Source: Octopus vulgaris
Taxonomy: Eukaryota
NCBI GenBank assembly: GCA_951406725.2
Contig: OX597821.1
Coordinates: 69,564,001-69,628,000 of the forward strand
Length of the DNA stretch: 64,000 nucleotides
Reading direction: 5' to 3'
Both the position numbers and the translations under genes were made by a program. The notes under the pieces were generated by a model. The model saw only the letters and a list, made by a program, of their open reading frames with translations. It was not told the DNA's origin and made no database searches. Positions 1 through 13,277 of this stretch are shown one piece after another. How positions within the stretch are numbered: the stretch's first letter is position 1; each line of letters opens with the position of its first letter.

Positions 1-480
1 GGTGAGAAGGCGGTATATACAAAACGTGGAAGGTTAAAAACGGAAAACGTAGAAGTAAAACTAAAATGTAAGAAGTAAAAACAGTAAGAAGTTAGCTATT
101 TGCTGGATGCTCTCCATAGTATTAGTTTCTATTTCTATTTTGAACAGTACTCTCTTGTGGGGGTGCCTTTACGACTATGTTGATATCATCAACATAGCGA
201 GAGTACATGTTCACGAGTATGGAGTTCTATGTTGGGCGTTCCTTAAGCCTTCTGTTCCACCATACCATGAAAAGGTTGGCCACATCACCGGCGATACTAA
301 CGCTGATGGCTACCCCCTCGTCCTGGGCATATATATTATTGTTAAACTTAAACGTGTGGCCTTTTAGGGTAACTCTTATACTAGCTCCTGATGGACATTT
401 GCGGGGGTCCGTATGGCTCTGGTTCATCCACTCCATCTCTCTATATGGGTTTTCGTAGTCATAGAAGTAATTGTGGGTGG
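1..480 (-). mobile_element. Penelope-like element RT fragment (frameshifted, runs off window edge)
   Basis: Minus strand encodes HTFKFNNNIYAQDEGVAISVSIAGDVANLFM (PLE RT motif B) and, in another frame at ~170-202, SRYVDDINIVV (catalytic YxDD). Confidence 0.75.
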
Positions 481-705
481 TCTACCTCTTGAACGTCTAC
501 TGGGGCAGAAACTACTAAGATCATGTATATAAACAGGAGATACAAATATTACAGGCACTCCCCCCCACACACACACTAACTAAAAATAGACACACATAGA
601 GATATACGCATGCGCAAATGAAGACACATACAATAGAAATACAAAATACAAAATGGCTGACCGTTAGTAAGGAGAGACACACAAATAAGAAAGAAGAAAG
701 CAAAG

Positions 706-749
706 GACCACCGATGAGGTCACAGGAGTGTGACGAAAGAACTCTGGCT
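706..749 (+). ncRNA. Type I hammerhead-like motif in a probable inverted Penelope pseudo-LTR (~520-860)
   Basis: cca-CCGAUGA-g-gucac/gugac-GAA-ag-aa-cu-C-ugg. An AATAAA and a (TA)n tract follow. Orientation is opposite to the adjacent RT. Confidence 0.55.
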
Positions 750-856
750 GAAATAAGATTAAGATTAATGTAAAAAATAAATAACGCTGAAGCAAAGTAA
801 CACCAAATATATAGTGCGTGTGTTTTTATTGGCTAAACTGGCAAAATGACCATTCC

Positions 857-920
<64 letters not shown>

Positions 921-1439
921 GCTTTAACAAGAATAGCATTGACAGTGACAGAAGTGATAGGCTGTTAAGTTCGCATCAATTGTCTCCCAGGCTGTCAAAC
1001 AAGTTTTCTCAAGAGGCGTTGTATGTTTTTAAATCAACGCAAAATCTAACGCTGAATGGTGGATCTGGAAGTACTGATTCAAATAAGTGGAGTGGCAGAC
1101 GGACAAAGTCTTTCCTCGTTTAAAATGACTTCGCTTATATACCCTCACCTGTGTATTTGGATTGCTCTTCTTTCTCCAAGGGCTTTAAGCTATTTCTTTT
1201 TCTTTTTTTTTTTGTATTATTGTGTGCACTTAATTTATATCAAATTTGAAACATGTCCATACACATCTAAAGAATTTAGGACTCCATATTTATGTAACTT
1301 TGTAAACGTTACCCTCATCTTTGTAAAGTGTATGCATGCTTTATTGTATGTGTGAAGAAAGTAGTAATAAAGAAATCATTTTCAATATCATCATCATCAT
1401 CCTCATCCTCATCCTCATCCTCATCATCATCATCATCAT

Positions 1440-1484
<45 letters not shown>

Positions 1485-1710
1485 TCAGTTTGATTCACCT
1501 TCGTTCTTTGACCCACCTTCATAGAATTTATGTGGGTAGTGGGTTACAGCCCGTAACCTTAGACAACCTCAAGCTTTCAATAATCTTTCAAGTACTCAAA
1601 GCCCTTCTGATAATCTTCCCTGATCCTAAGAGGCGAATTTTATGCAGACTCTCTACAGAACATTCTATTCCAATCACCTTCAACCATTTATCAGTATCAT
1701 TAATCACAGT

Positions 1711-2290
1711 AAGGCGGCGAGCTGGCAGAAACGTTAGCACGCCGGGCGAAATGCATAGCCATGTTTCGTCTGCCGTTACGTTCTGAGTTCAAATTCCGCC
1801 AAGGTCGACTTTGCATTTCATCTTTTCGGGGTCGATTAAATAAGTACCAATTACGCACTGGGGTCGATATAATCGACTAAATCCGTGTGTCTGTCCTAGT
1901 TTGTCTTCTCTGTGTTTAGCCCCTTGTGGGTAGTAAAGAAATAGGGTATTCCGTCTGTCGCTACGTTCTGAGTTCAAATTCCACCGAGGTCGACTTTGCC
2001 TTTCATCCTTTCGGGGTCGATAAATTAAGTACCAGTTACACACTGGGGTCGATGTAATCGACTTAATCCGTTTTTCTGCCCTTGTTTGTCCTCTCTGTGT
2101 TTAGCCCCTTATGGGTAATAAAGAAATAGGTATTCCGTCTCTCTGTACATTCTCAGTTCAAATTCCGCTAAGGCCGACTTTGCCTTTCATCCTTTCGGAG
2201 TTGATAAAATAAGTACTAGTTACGCACTGGGGTTGATGTAATCGACTTATACCCTCCCTTAAACTTGTTGGCCTTGTGCCAAAAATTGAA
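1711..2290 (+). mobile_element. tRNA-derived SINE with a triplicated internal ~180-bp unit
   Basis: Head ggcggcgagctggcagaaacgttag and B-box-like gagttcaaattcc. The unit (B box...gcctttcatcctttcggggtcgat...) occurs three times. A single-unit copy lies at 38620-38840. Confidence 0.75.
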
Positions 2291-2516
2291 ATCATTATCA
2301 TCGTCATCATTATTATTCTTGGGTACTTTGTTCAGAGATTTCCGGTTTTCCCAGGATCGAAATCTCCAGCCCGATCCCGGACCAGTTCTCCTTCCAATAT
2401 CTTTTTCTTTCTAGAAGCAAATCCGGGCCATCGACCACAGCGCACGCAACCAACCAAATCTCTAATTCTGGTAGCACATCTGAAATTTAACCCACACCAC
2501 CCACCGTTCAAGGTAC

Positions 2517-2557
<41 letters not shown>

Positions 2558-2589
2558 TGAGTGCGCGTATATACATACACACATACATA

Positions 2590-4249
2590 CGGTGGGGGGA
2601 AATAAATATTCGTGCACGTCAAAATTCTTTCTTTATTTAATTTCTAATGAACATAAATGGGATATACCAATACTATATTTGCATACACATGCATAAACTA
2701 AGAATATTCAAAAGAAACTAATAAATTATAGTAACTAATGAATTTATATACAATTATAAATATTTAGGGGTGAAAAAAGTATTCATACAGAAAAAAATTA
2801 TGATTTTCCATGCCACAAAATACTGTTAAAATATTTTTTTTTTACTAGAACTTTCTCGTTTGTTCCAATAATCTTGTCAGTTGTCATTTTTAAGTGTCAA
2901 AACACTAGCTTCTTCATTCAGCATTGAGACAACATAAAGTAGTATCGTTATAATGGCGAAAAGTAAAGAACTCACAAATTCAGTGAAAAACTTAATTATT
3001 GAACAGTGGAAAGCAGGTAAAAGATACAGGAAAATATTAGAGACCCTTTGTATTCCATTTTCTACCATATCTTCATTTATTCAAAGATATTTAAAAATCG
3101 GGAACTGTTGTAAACAGAATAAGATCCGGTGCACCACGCAAGATTTCCCCCAGATCTTTAAGAAAAACGAAGCAAAGAATCGGAAAAATACACAATGATC
3201 ACCAGAAAGGAGTTGCAATAAGATTTGTTAGCTTCAGGGATTAGTATTACACTACGAACAATCAGCAATGAACTTCATAGGAATGAACTGAAATCACGCT
3301 CTCCTAGAAAAACTCTACTGTTGACTGAAAGGCATAGAAATGCCCGTTTAAAATTTGTTTATGAACATAAAGATAAATCTGATACATTCTAGGAAAATGC
3401 TCTATGAACAGACGAGTCGAAAATTGAATTGTTTGGACGAAATTCGTGTAGCCATGTTCGGAGGAAATATGGTACTGCCTATTCGCCGTAAAACAATTCC
3501 TACCGTAAAGTTTGGAGGTGGCAACATCATGGTGTGGGGCTGTTTCTCTGCAAATGGTACTGGCAATTTACATGTGATAGATGGTAGAATGAATGTAGAG
3601 ATGTACCAAAATATTTTGAACAATGATTTATGGGACTCTGTAGAAAAGCTCCAGCTTTGTGAAGGGTGGGTCTTGCGAAGAGTGGGTCTTTGTGAAGGGT
3701 GGGTCTTCGCCATGTGCTTAGGATAACAATCCTAAGCACACGGCGAAGTCTACAAAAAAATGGATTGTCGATCACAATATAGAATTATTATTTGAATGGC
3801 CAAGCCAGTCACCTGACTTGAACCCCATTGAAAATTTGTGGCATTATTTGAAAATTAAAATTCATTCAAGAGCCCCAACGTGCATTGCTGATTTGAAGAA
3901 AATTTGTCAAGAAGAATGGGAAAACATTCCTAAAGAAACATAGGAGTCATTGATTAAGAACTACAAGAAGAGATTGGTTGAAGTGGAACTGAATAATGGT
4001 TATGCTACGAAGTATTAAATCAGAATTATCAGATATTTATGTTCTGTATGAAAAATTTTCACCCCTAAATATTTATAATTGAATATAAATTCCTTAGTTA
4101 CTATAATTTATTACTTTCTTTTGCATATTCTTAGTTTATGCATGTGTATGCAAATATAGTATTGGTATATCCCATTTATGTTCATTAGAAATTAAATAAA
4201 TAAAGAATTTTGACGTGCACGAATATTTATTTCTCCCCACTCCCCACTG
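2590..4249 (+). mobile_element. Tc1-like DNA transposon with ~200-bp terminal inverted repeats
   Basis: 2590-~2791 is the reverse complement of ~4043-4249. Ends are C(G/A)GTG...CACTG, flanked by TA on both sides. Confidence 0.92.
2953..4018 (+). pseudogene. Disrupted Tc1 (DD34E-type) transposase
   Basis: MAKSKEL paired-like HTH start, [32 protein letters not shown] (~3797-3841), ends GYATKY*. Several frameshifts and stops. Confidence 0.9.
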
Positions 4250-4701
4250 TATATGTAAATGAGTATATGTATGTATGTATGCATGATTGTATGTATGTAT
4301 GTATGTATGTATGTATGTATGTATGTATGTATGTATGTATGTATGTATGTATTCATACCATCATATTCATGTATTCGCACTCGCATGGACGCATGCATAC
4401 AGTCATACACCTCATACCCTCACTCACGCACACGCGTACGCGCACTCCCATATGAGATACTTATCAGCTTGTACAAAATTTCGTGATGTATTTTTCAGCG
4501 CCTTTACGACAAGCTTATAACAACAGAACCCTGATGTGTTTTGGCCCTATTGCAAACAACAAACCGACCTTGGGGTCCATGATCTTTATTTAAAGACCCC
4601 CTTAACATGCTTGAACAAACGTTGGGAAGTATCTTAGGAGCAATTTATCGTTTTCCTCCTTTTTTTTTTGAGGTGGTGATGTTGAGTAAACTAAAGCGTA
4701 A

Positions 4702-4736
<35 letters not shown>

Positions 4737-4781
4737 ACAATAATAACGATAGCAACAATAACAATCACAATAATAATAATA

Positions 4782-4832
<51 letters not shown>

Positions 4833-4858
4833 GTGATGATAACAACTACAACAATCTC

Positions 4859-4907
<49 letters not shown>

Positions 4908-5120
4908 GCAATGATAATGTTATGAATTGAGAAAAAGAAATTTGTAAAGAAATACCTAGTTGTTTGGATGATTTCCAGTTGATGCCTTGTTCACGTTTTA
5001 TCCATCGTGTGAGATTTAAGTCGAAATCTTCCTTGACTCACTAAATTTTCTAGCCCGGTGCTCTAACTTTTCTGCTAAACATTCTGCCCAGTTATCAATT
5101 ATCATCCTCATCATCACTGA

Positions 5121-5172
<52 letters not shown>

Positions 5173-5173
5173 A

Positions 5174-5731
5174 TTGAGTGAGAGAGCAGTGCACGCCATC
5201 AAAGTGACATTGGGGTAAAATATGCGAAGCCCAGTATACCCATCATGACTACCCGTCTGATAAGGGTACACTAGGCACATGCATCGCAACCATATGTGCG
5301 CCACATGGTGATCTTATATCAAGATAAAAGGGCACATGACCTTGCAGGTGGGATCCAGTTAGAATTTTCTTCTGATCGAGTAGACCATCCCGCTCGAAAG
5401 GTCCCTGAATAAGGGTTGTTTAAGGATGTTGAACGAAACACCCATGTTTCCAAAGGTGAATTATCCAAACTCCAAAGAATCCCTCTCAACACATGGCTGT
5501 GATGCTCCCCAACTACTTCTGCTCGTGATCAGATATGCACATATCGTCAGCCACTAAGGGACATGCTCAACTGGTTAAGGTCAAACAACTGACAAGCAAA
5601 TCTGTGGTATTGAGCAGAATATTTGCTGTAGCCCATCTTTTATACCAAGACAAAACAATGTACATGATAACATTTCCAATCAGTTAAGATCAGAAGACAT
5701 GAGAGCCACTGCCTAGTACTGCATCAGGGCA
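5174..5731. mobile_element. ~560-bp non-coding interspersed element embedded in (TTA)n
   Basis: Complex sequence sharply bounded on both sides by (TTA)n, with TG...CA ends and no convincing ORF. Confidence 0.45.
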
Positions 5732-5810
<79 letters not shown>

Positions 5811-5811
5811 G

Positions 5812-6126
5812 TTCAGTAGTTTTATTTTTATAGCGTGCTTTCACTTCACTACCGAGCGCAGCTCTGTGTGCCTTAGGTATGTGCTGTGATTTGTTGTGAT
5901 GCACTGATGGTTATTGTATGGAAAGTGTTCTGCGTAGGATGTGTGCAGTGCCTTGTAGTGCAATTTTCTGTATGTTATATGTGTTTGTAAGTCCTGGTGT
6001 TTTTGTTATGTATTTGTCTGAATATTTTTTTATCATGCCTAATGCACCTACTATGATAGGAATTGTTTCTGTTTTTAGATTCCACATTCTGGTTACCTCT
6101 ATTTCCAGGTCTTTGTATTTTGAAAG

Positions 6127-6130
<4 letters not shown>
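5812..6130 (-). mobile_element. 3' end of R4/Dong-like LINE (5'-truncated)
   Basis: Near-identical reverse complement of ~9057-9371, flanked by (TAA)n on the element's sense strand at both ends. Confidence 0.9.
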
Positions 6131-6218
<88 letters not shown>

Positions 6219-7638
6219 GTAGTAGTAGTAGTAGTAGTAGTAGTATTGTTGTTGCTGTTGCTGTTATCAGCTTCTTTCTTTAATACAGCAACATTCCCCG
6301 GAGAATGCAACAAAGTGCCAGCTGTCCACCACAATCAGTGAACTAAGGTAATACTTTCCAAATTTCAAGAACTCTGTGGAGAATTCAGTTCAGTTCCAAG
6401 CAACACTGTTTTCTGCACATTTCAATCCATTTTGTGACGGAGTGTTGTTAATTAAAACAAGTTAATTACGACGCCGCCGACAGCAAACAATGATACAATA
6501 TCAACAAAGAAAAGCTTTCTTATGTTGGAGGCACGACAGGAACTACATCGGACCAATCCAAAAGCACCAAATATTCAAGATTTTTTATGATTACTAAGTG
6601 TCATCACTTATGTGCCTTCTGAAAGTATGTCTATAGACTCAACTCTTGTTTTCCACTCTCATCCCGCTGCTGTTGTTGCTGCTGCTGCTGCTGAAGATAA
6701 TGATGATATAAGACCGGAATTACATCCTCTACAGAAACAAAGTGGCATGAATGAATATAACAGGAATACATTTCTATACAACATGCATACTTTGCAGTTA
6801 TATTCTTGGACCTCCAAACTAAAACAAACACTATTTTAGTGCAAAATTTTAATAGAAAATACCGTTGAAATAGAAGTAAGTTTAAGTCTTATAGTCCAAT
6901 TACACCGGCTCAAGCGTAAATTTTAATTAGGACAGAATAACGACAGTAAAAAACAAAGGTTGACCATCAAAGATTTAACGAAAAACTGGCAATAACATCA
7001 GTATCACTTGTATAAGCGCGATAATAAATGCGACAACCATAACAGTTACAAAGGAAAGAGAGACTTTGCTCGTATTAACTTTTATAGGAATATCAAAAGC
7101 TAAACAAATAACATGGAAAACAAGCATAGAATAAACAGACGAAAGCTGGGTACTCCATAGGATTATCTCAAATGAGAATATTTAAATACATATACAAACA
7201 ACATGGAACATAAAAGTACTGTAAAAGAACGAAAATAAGAGCAAATGTTTCTTACTCTTCAATGAAATCAATGCAAAAAAGACGCAAATGACAAGAAAGA
7301 ATGCAAATATTACTGGAATACAAATATGAAAATATGTCTAGTAGCAATCAAAGTGCACCTGAAACAAGTGATCGTTGTTAAAAAACAAATAATTCACTAT
7401 AATGAAAAATGAAAAAAAAAAATCCAAAACGACTTTTATCAAGATGAAGGTAAAACGCGCAATGCAGAACGAATAAAAATAAAAGTCTAGGAAAAGAATG
7501 GGCAACGGAAGAAATCCTTATAGATGAAATTGTTCAAAACAACAATCGCAGTACGGGGATGCTAGAGAAAGGCCATATGAACTCAAAATGTAGCCGATAA
7601 AAAAAGAAGACAAAATAATAATAATAATGATAATAATG

Positions 7639-7720
<82 letters not shown>

Positions 7721-7722
<2 letters not shown>

Positions 7723-9368
7723 TGGATGACCTAAAACTATACGCTGCAAATGACAAACAGCTGGAAACACTATTAAAGACAGTTCATGGATTTACCAAAG
7801 AAATAGATATGAAATTTGGATTAGAAAAATGCGCCAAAGTAACCCTGAAAAGAGGAAAACTAGTTAAGAGTAACAACATCACACTAGATAAAACCAATGA
7901 AATAAAAGAATTAGACCAAAGCCAAACTTACAAATACTTAGGAATCCATGAACTAGATAAGACACAACACACACAAATGAAAGAGAAAATGAAAAAAGAA
8001 TATTATAGACGAGTTAGATCGATACTAAACACAGAGCTCAATGCTAAAAACAAGATAATAGGTATCAACACTTTAGCTGTCCCAGTTATAAGTTACAGCT
8101 ACAATATCCTTAACTGGACACGAAATGAACTGACCAAAATAGATAGGAAAACAAGAAAAATAATGACAGGATCTAGGATGCATCACCCAAAATCTGACAT
8201 AGAAAGACTATATATACAACGTATAGAAGGTGGTAGAGGCCTTATACAGCTGGAAAACTACTATAAAATAACCACCATAGGACTGCAAAAATATCTACTT
8301 CAGAAGGAAGGAAAACTGATCCAGATAGCGGCAAAACACGAGCAAAACAAAAAACTGTTCTCAGTATTTAAGGAAGCTGACAAATACAAACAAGAAATCA
8401 TACCACCTAATAAACATGAAGAAGAAGAAGATGAAGAAACAACAAAAGCTATAAAACAAATGAAATCCAAACTAAAACTAGAACAGCAACGAACCATGAT
8501 AAAACGATGGCAAGAAAAGCCCCTTCATGGTAAATACTGGACTAAACTAAACGCAAAAGAAATAGACAAAGAAAAATCCCAGCAATGGTTGAGAAGCTCA
8601 GGACTCAAAGCAGAGACAGAGGGATTTTTAATTGCAGCACAAGACCAAAGCCTCCCCACCAGAAATTACCAAAAACATGTAATGAAAAGAAATATTACAA
8701 GTAACTGCAGAATATGTGGAGATGGACAAGAAACAATAAATCATATTATCTCTAACTGCCCAGTCTTGGCTAAGAAGGAATATATTCACAGACATGACAG
8801 AGTTGGAACCTACATACATTGGAAGCTATGCCAACATTATGGAATAACAACAGAAAAAAGATGGTATAGGCACACACCAGAAAAGGTCACAGAAAACGAG
8901 AAAGCAACCATACTCTGGGATATGCCGATACACACAGATAGAGAAATTAAGGCCAACAGACCAGATATAGTTGTCAGAGATCATGAAGAAAAAAATGCTT
9001 TCTAATTGATGTATCAATACCGGCTGATGACAACGTGTCTCTAAAAGAAATGGAGAAACTCTCAAAATACAAAGACCTGGAAATAGAGGTAACTAGAATG
9101 TGGAATCTGAAAACAGAAACAATTCCTATCATAGTAGGTGCATTAGGCATGATAAAAAAATATTCAGACAAATACATAACAAAAACACCAGGACTTACAA
9201 ACACATATAACATACAGAAAATTGCACTACAAGGCACTGCACACATCCTACGCAGAACACTTTCCATACAATAACCATCAGAGCATCACAACAAATCACA
9301 CCACATACCCAAGGCACACAGAGCTATGCTCGGTAGTGAAGTGAAAGCACGCTATAAAAATAAAACTA

Positions 9369-9371
<3 letters not shown>
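7721..9371 (+). mobile_element. R4/Dong-clade non-LTR retrotransposon, 5'-truncated, inserted in (TAA)n
   Basis: RT C-half plus CCHC and restriction-like endonuclease, short 3' UTR ending aaaactactg, (TAA)n on both flanks. Confidence 0.9.
7722..9274 (+). pseudogene. RT-ZnK-RLE polyprotein fragment, one frameshift in the A-run at ~8990
   Basis: MDDLKLY (RT catalytic motif), KFGLEKC, YKYLG, GGRGL, CRICGDGQETINHIISNC, RHD, RPDIVV, then LIDVSIP and EKLSKY in the second frame. Confidence 0.9.
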
Positions 9372-9461
<90 letters not shown>

Positions 9462-9464
<3 letters not shown>

Positions 9465-10493
9465 TGTTTCTTCTCTTTAAGGAAGCTGACAAATACAAAA
9501 AAAGAAGTCATACTACCTAACAACTATGAAGAAAAAGAAGAAACAAGAAAAGCTGTTAAACAACTGAAATCCAAACAAAAACTGGAACAGCAACGGACCA
9601 TGATAAAACGATGGCAAGAAAAGCCCCTTCATGGCAAATACTGGGCTAAACTAAATGCAAAAGAAATAGAGAAAGCAAAATTCCAACAATGGTTGAGAAG
9701 CTCAGAACTCAAAGCAGAGAATGAAGGATTTTTAATTGCAGCATAAAGACCAAAGCCTTCCCCACCAGGAATTACCAAAAACATGCAATGAAAAGAAACA
9801 TAACAAGTAACTGCAGAATTTGTAGAGATGGACAAGAAACAATAAATCATATTACCTCTGGCTGCCCAGTCCTGGCTAAGATGGAATATATTCACAGACA
9901 CGACAGAGTTGGGATCTACATACACTGGAAGCTGTGCCAACACTATAGAATAGCAGCAGAAAAAAGATGGTATAGGCACACACCAGGAAAGGTCACAGAA
10001 AACGAGAAAGCAACCATACTTTGGGATATGCCAATACACACAGATAGAGAAATTAAGGCCAACAGACCAGATATAGTTGTCAGAGATCACCAAGAAAAAT
10101 GCTTTCTAATTGATGTATCAATACAAACAGATGGCAATGTTTCTCTAAAAGAAACGGAGAAACTTTCAAAATATAAAGATCTGGAAATGGAGGTAACTCG
10201 AGTGTGGAGTCTAAAAACAGAAACAATTCCTATCATAATAGGCGCATTAGTTGCATTAAAAAATATTCACATAAATACATCACAAAAGTACCATGATTAA
10301 CAAGTAGTGTATATATAACATACAGAAAATAGCACTACTGGGCACTGCACACATCCTATGTAAAAGACTTTCAATACAGCAACCATAAGAGCATCACCAC
10401 AAACCACAGCACATACCTAAGGCACACAGAGTATTGTAGTGCAGTGAAAGTACGTGATAAAAATAAGACTACTGAATAATAATAATAAGACTA

Positions 10494-10496
<3 letters not shown>
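9462..10496 (+). mobile_element. Second, more diverged R4/Dong-like copy in tandem
   Basis: Homologous to ~8353-9371 (CRICRDGQETINHITSGC, RPDIVV). (TAA)n on both sides, and the 3'-terminal aataagactactg is duplicated. Confidence 0.88.
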
Positions 10497-10580
<84 letters not shown>

Positions 10581-11270
10581 AAGAAGAAGAAGAACCATTA
10601 AGATATCGATCATCAACTATATCGCCTTTGTGTAAAATTAAATATTAACAAAAAAAAAGAACAAAAATAACGAGGTTATATTCACTCATCAATTCATCAT
10701 CATCATCATCATCCTCGTCGCCGCCGTCGTCGTCGTCATCATCGTCACAATAATGATCGATATTATCATGGCCGTCATTGTCATCTACAACCACAACATT
10801 ATCATCTTCGTGGCTTCTTTTGTCCCCAACCCCTCATCGCGATTACGACCACGACGATCATCAGCCCTCCATGGCCACCACCGTATCACCTCCACGATAG
10901 ACACTCGCCCCTAGCTACATCTCTCACTACCACCACCACCACCACTGTCATCCCCGCCGCCATCACCACCACCACCACCACCTTAACAACCATTCACGTC
11001 AATGCCATCGCCATCATCATTCTTGTGGAACAGCTGTCTATTGACATTTGACCTCGTTCACTGAAAAGCCAATTGCTTGCTCGATTACCATATCGACAAA
11101 CACGCATGACACACAAACACACATACATGCATACCTACACACACACACGCACGCACACACACACACACACACATACCTATACATATATGTATTAATGTGT
11201 GTGTGTGTGTGTGAATATGTATGTATGTATGCGGGTAATTTTATGTATATACATACATACACACAGGCAT

Positions 11271-11371
<101 letters not shown>

Positions 11372-11372
11372 G

Positions 11373-11620
11373 CGTGACGGGCCTGCTGTCGGCCTGTTTG
11401 TTTTCGTTAGTTGTAGAGCGTTGTAAAAAGGCCAAAACGCTATCAATGATGGCGAAAGCAGAATCATCGACCGGAAGTGTCACTACACAGCGTCGTTGGA
11501 CGGCTCCCGGCAGTCAGCCGTGACGGGTGCATATGATAAGATAATTAGTCTTTGAGGAGCAGCAATCTAGAGTTTAGAGAAAAGATTGTCGGCGTTTGGC
11601 TTCGGCGCAATAAGTGAGGG
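11373..11620. promoter_or_regulatory. Candidate cis-regulatory island
   Basis: Non-repetitive CpG-containing segment with a perfect ETS consensus ACCGGAAGTG (11470-11479) and tandem GATA motifs (tgataagataa, ~11535). Confidence 0.25.
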
Positions 11621-12299
11621 AGGCGAGACACTGGGTGGTGTCGTCGTGTTAATAGTAGTGATAGTAGTAGTGGTAGTAATAGTTGTAGAGGTGTTTAAAC
11701 TATAAAGGAGAGATGGGTCACTGTGGATGAGCTTTGTTTTTCTTGCTTGTGTTTTTTCTATTTAGCGGAACGGGGGTTGTTATTTTTTGTCTTTTAGTCT
11801 GGTTTAAATTACTTGTATTGATGTTATTGTTGTTGTCGTCGTTCGCGTTGTTTAGTCTTAACCACAAACAATCGCAAGCATGGCCGAATAGCTTTCAGAT
11901 CTCAGTTTCACTGTTCGTTTTTTTTTTTTTTTTTTTAGTAAATGTGTTCTTTTTGTTTTCGCTTTATTTTTACCAATAGCTGTAGGGTTAAGAAGTTTGC
12001 GTCGCAGCTTTAAGTTCTCGGGTTCCACCCCATTGTCGCGTATGGTAAATGGCTTTTGGGCAAGTGGCTTTTACCTTTCGATCGATCCACACTTTTGGGG
12101 TGAAATTCAACAGGATCCACAGAAATTGCGAAGAAACCCGTCAAATGCCGTATACTCGCAATTCAATGCCAAACTTATTTCGACATGCTATCTATATAAC
12201 AGTCAGACATCTTCCAAATCATACCCTACCATTTTTTTAAAGGCACATTTGATGGTACATAAAACGAACTTTTCCAATAAAGTAATGAAGAAAAAATCT

Positions 12300-12718
12300 C
12301 CGGGATCTTTTCCTTTTGAACGGCAGTTTTCAACACAATTTCTAGTTAACTAAACACTTTTAAACTTCGTATACTGGTAGAATGTGTCAAAATAAAACAT
12401 TTTTTTCTCTTGGATTTCTTGAGAAAATAGTAATTTGTAAGTTTAACGTAGTTTAATTTTTCGAATTTTAACCAATCGATGGCCTCTATTGAGCTAAAAT
12501 CATTTGCTGCGTCTAAAACTGAGACAACATCCTTACGCGTGTGTCTAAAATTATTCGTTTTGTTTTTGTTTTGAGTTTTTGCTTTCGTTTTAGCCTTTCG
12601 TTTTTTTTTTCTTAATTGATAAATTATTTTAAGGATAACAATTAAGAAAAAAAAACGAAAGGCTAAAATTTAGGGTTAGGTTAGGGTTAGTGACAGGATG
12701 TCTCAGTTTTAGACGCAT
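12300..12718. mobile_element. Probable non-autonomous DNA element fragment with internal inverted repeat and telomere-like units
   Basis: tgcgtctaaaactgagaca (~12508-12526) is inverted at ~12699-12717. ttagggttaggttagggttag at ~12670-12690. Confidence 0.35.
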
Positions 12719-12853
12719 GTATGTATGTATGTATGTATGTATGTATGTATGTATGTATGTATGTATGTATGTACGTATGTATGTATGTATGTATGTATGT
12801 ATGTATGCATGCATGCATGTATGTATGTATTTATGTATGCATGCATGCATGTA

Positions 12854-13277
12854 TACTCTCTTTTCTCTTTACTCTTTTACTTGTTTCAGTCATTTGACTG
12901 CGGCCATGCTGGAGCACCACCTTTAATCGAGCAACTCGACCCCGGGACTTATTCTTTTGTAAGCCCAGTACTTATTCTATCGGTCTCTTTTGCCGAACCG
13001 CCAAGTAACGGGGACATAAACACACCAGCATCGGTTGTCAAGCAATGCTAGGGGGACAAACACAGACACACAAACACACACGCACATACATATATATATA
13101 TATATACATATATACGACAGGCTTCTTTCAGTTTCCGTCTACCAAATCCACTTACAAGGCATTGGTCGGCCCGGGGCTATAGCAAAAGATACTTGCCCAA
13201 GATGCCACGCAGTGGGACTGAACCTGGAACCATGTGGTTGGTTAGCAAGCTACTTACCACACAGCCACTCCTGCGCC
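12854..13277 (-). mobile_element. tRNA-derived SINE (GGCGCAGGAGTGGCTGTGTGG family)
   Basis: Reverse complement of 29116-29520, with A/B-box-like head, internal microsatellite and aagagta-type tail. Confidence 0.85.

Noticed and set aside
6289-6347. Possible 59-nt host exon (taatacag|...aag|gtaata)
   Set aside because: Plausible splice signals, but no recognisable protein or partner exons; unsupported without RNA data.
12670-12690. Telomeric TTAGGG-like units
   Set aside because: Only about three imperfect units inside a probable repeat element; not a telomere array.
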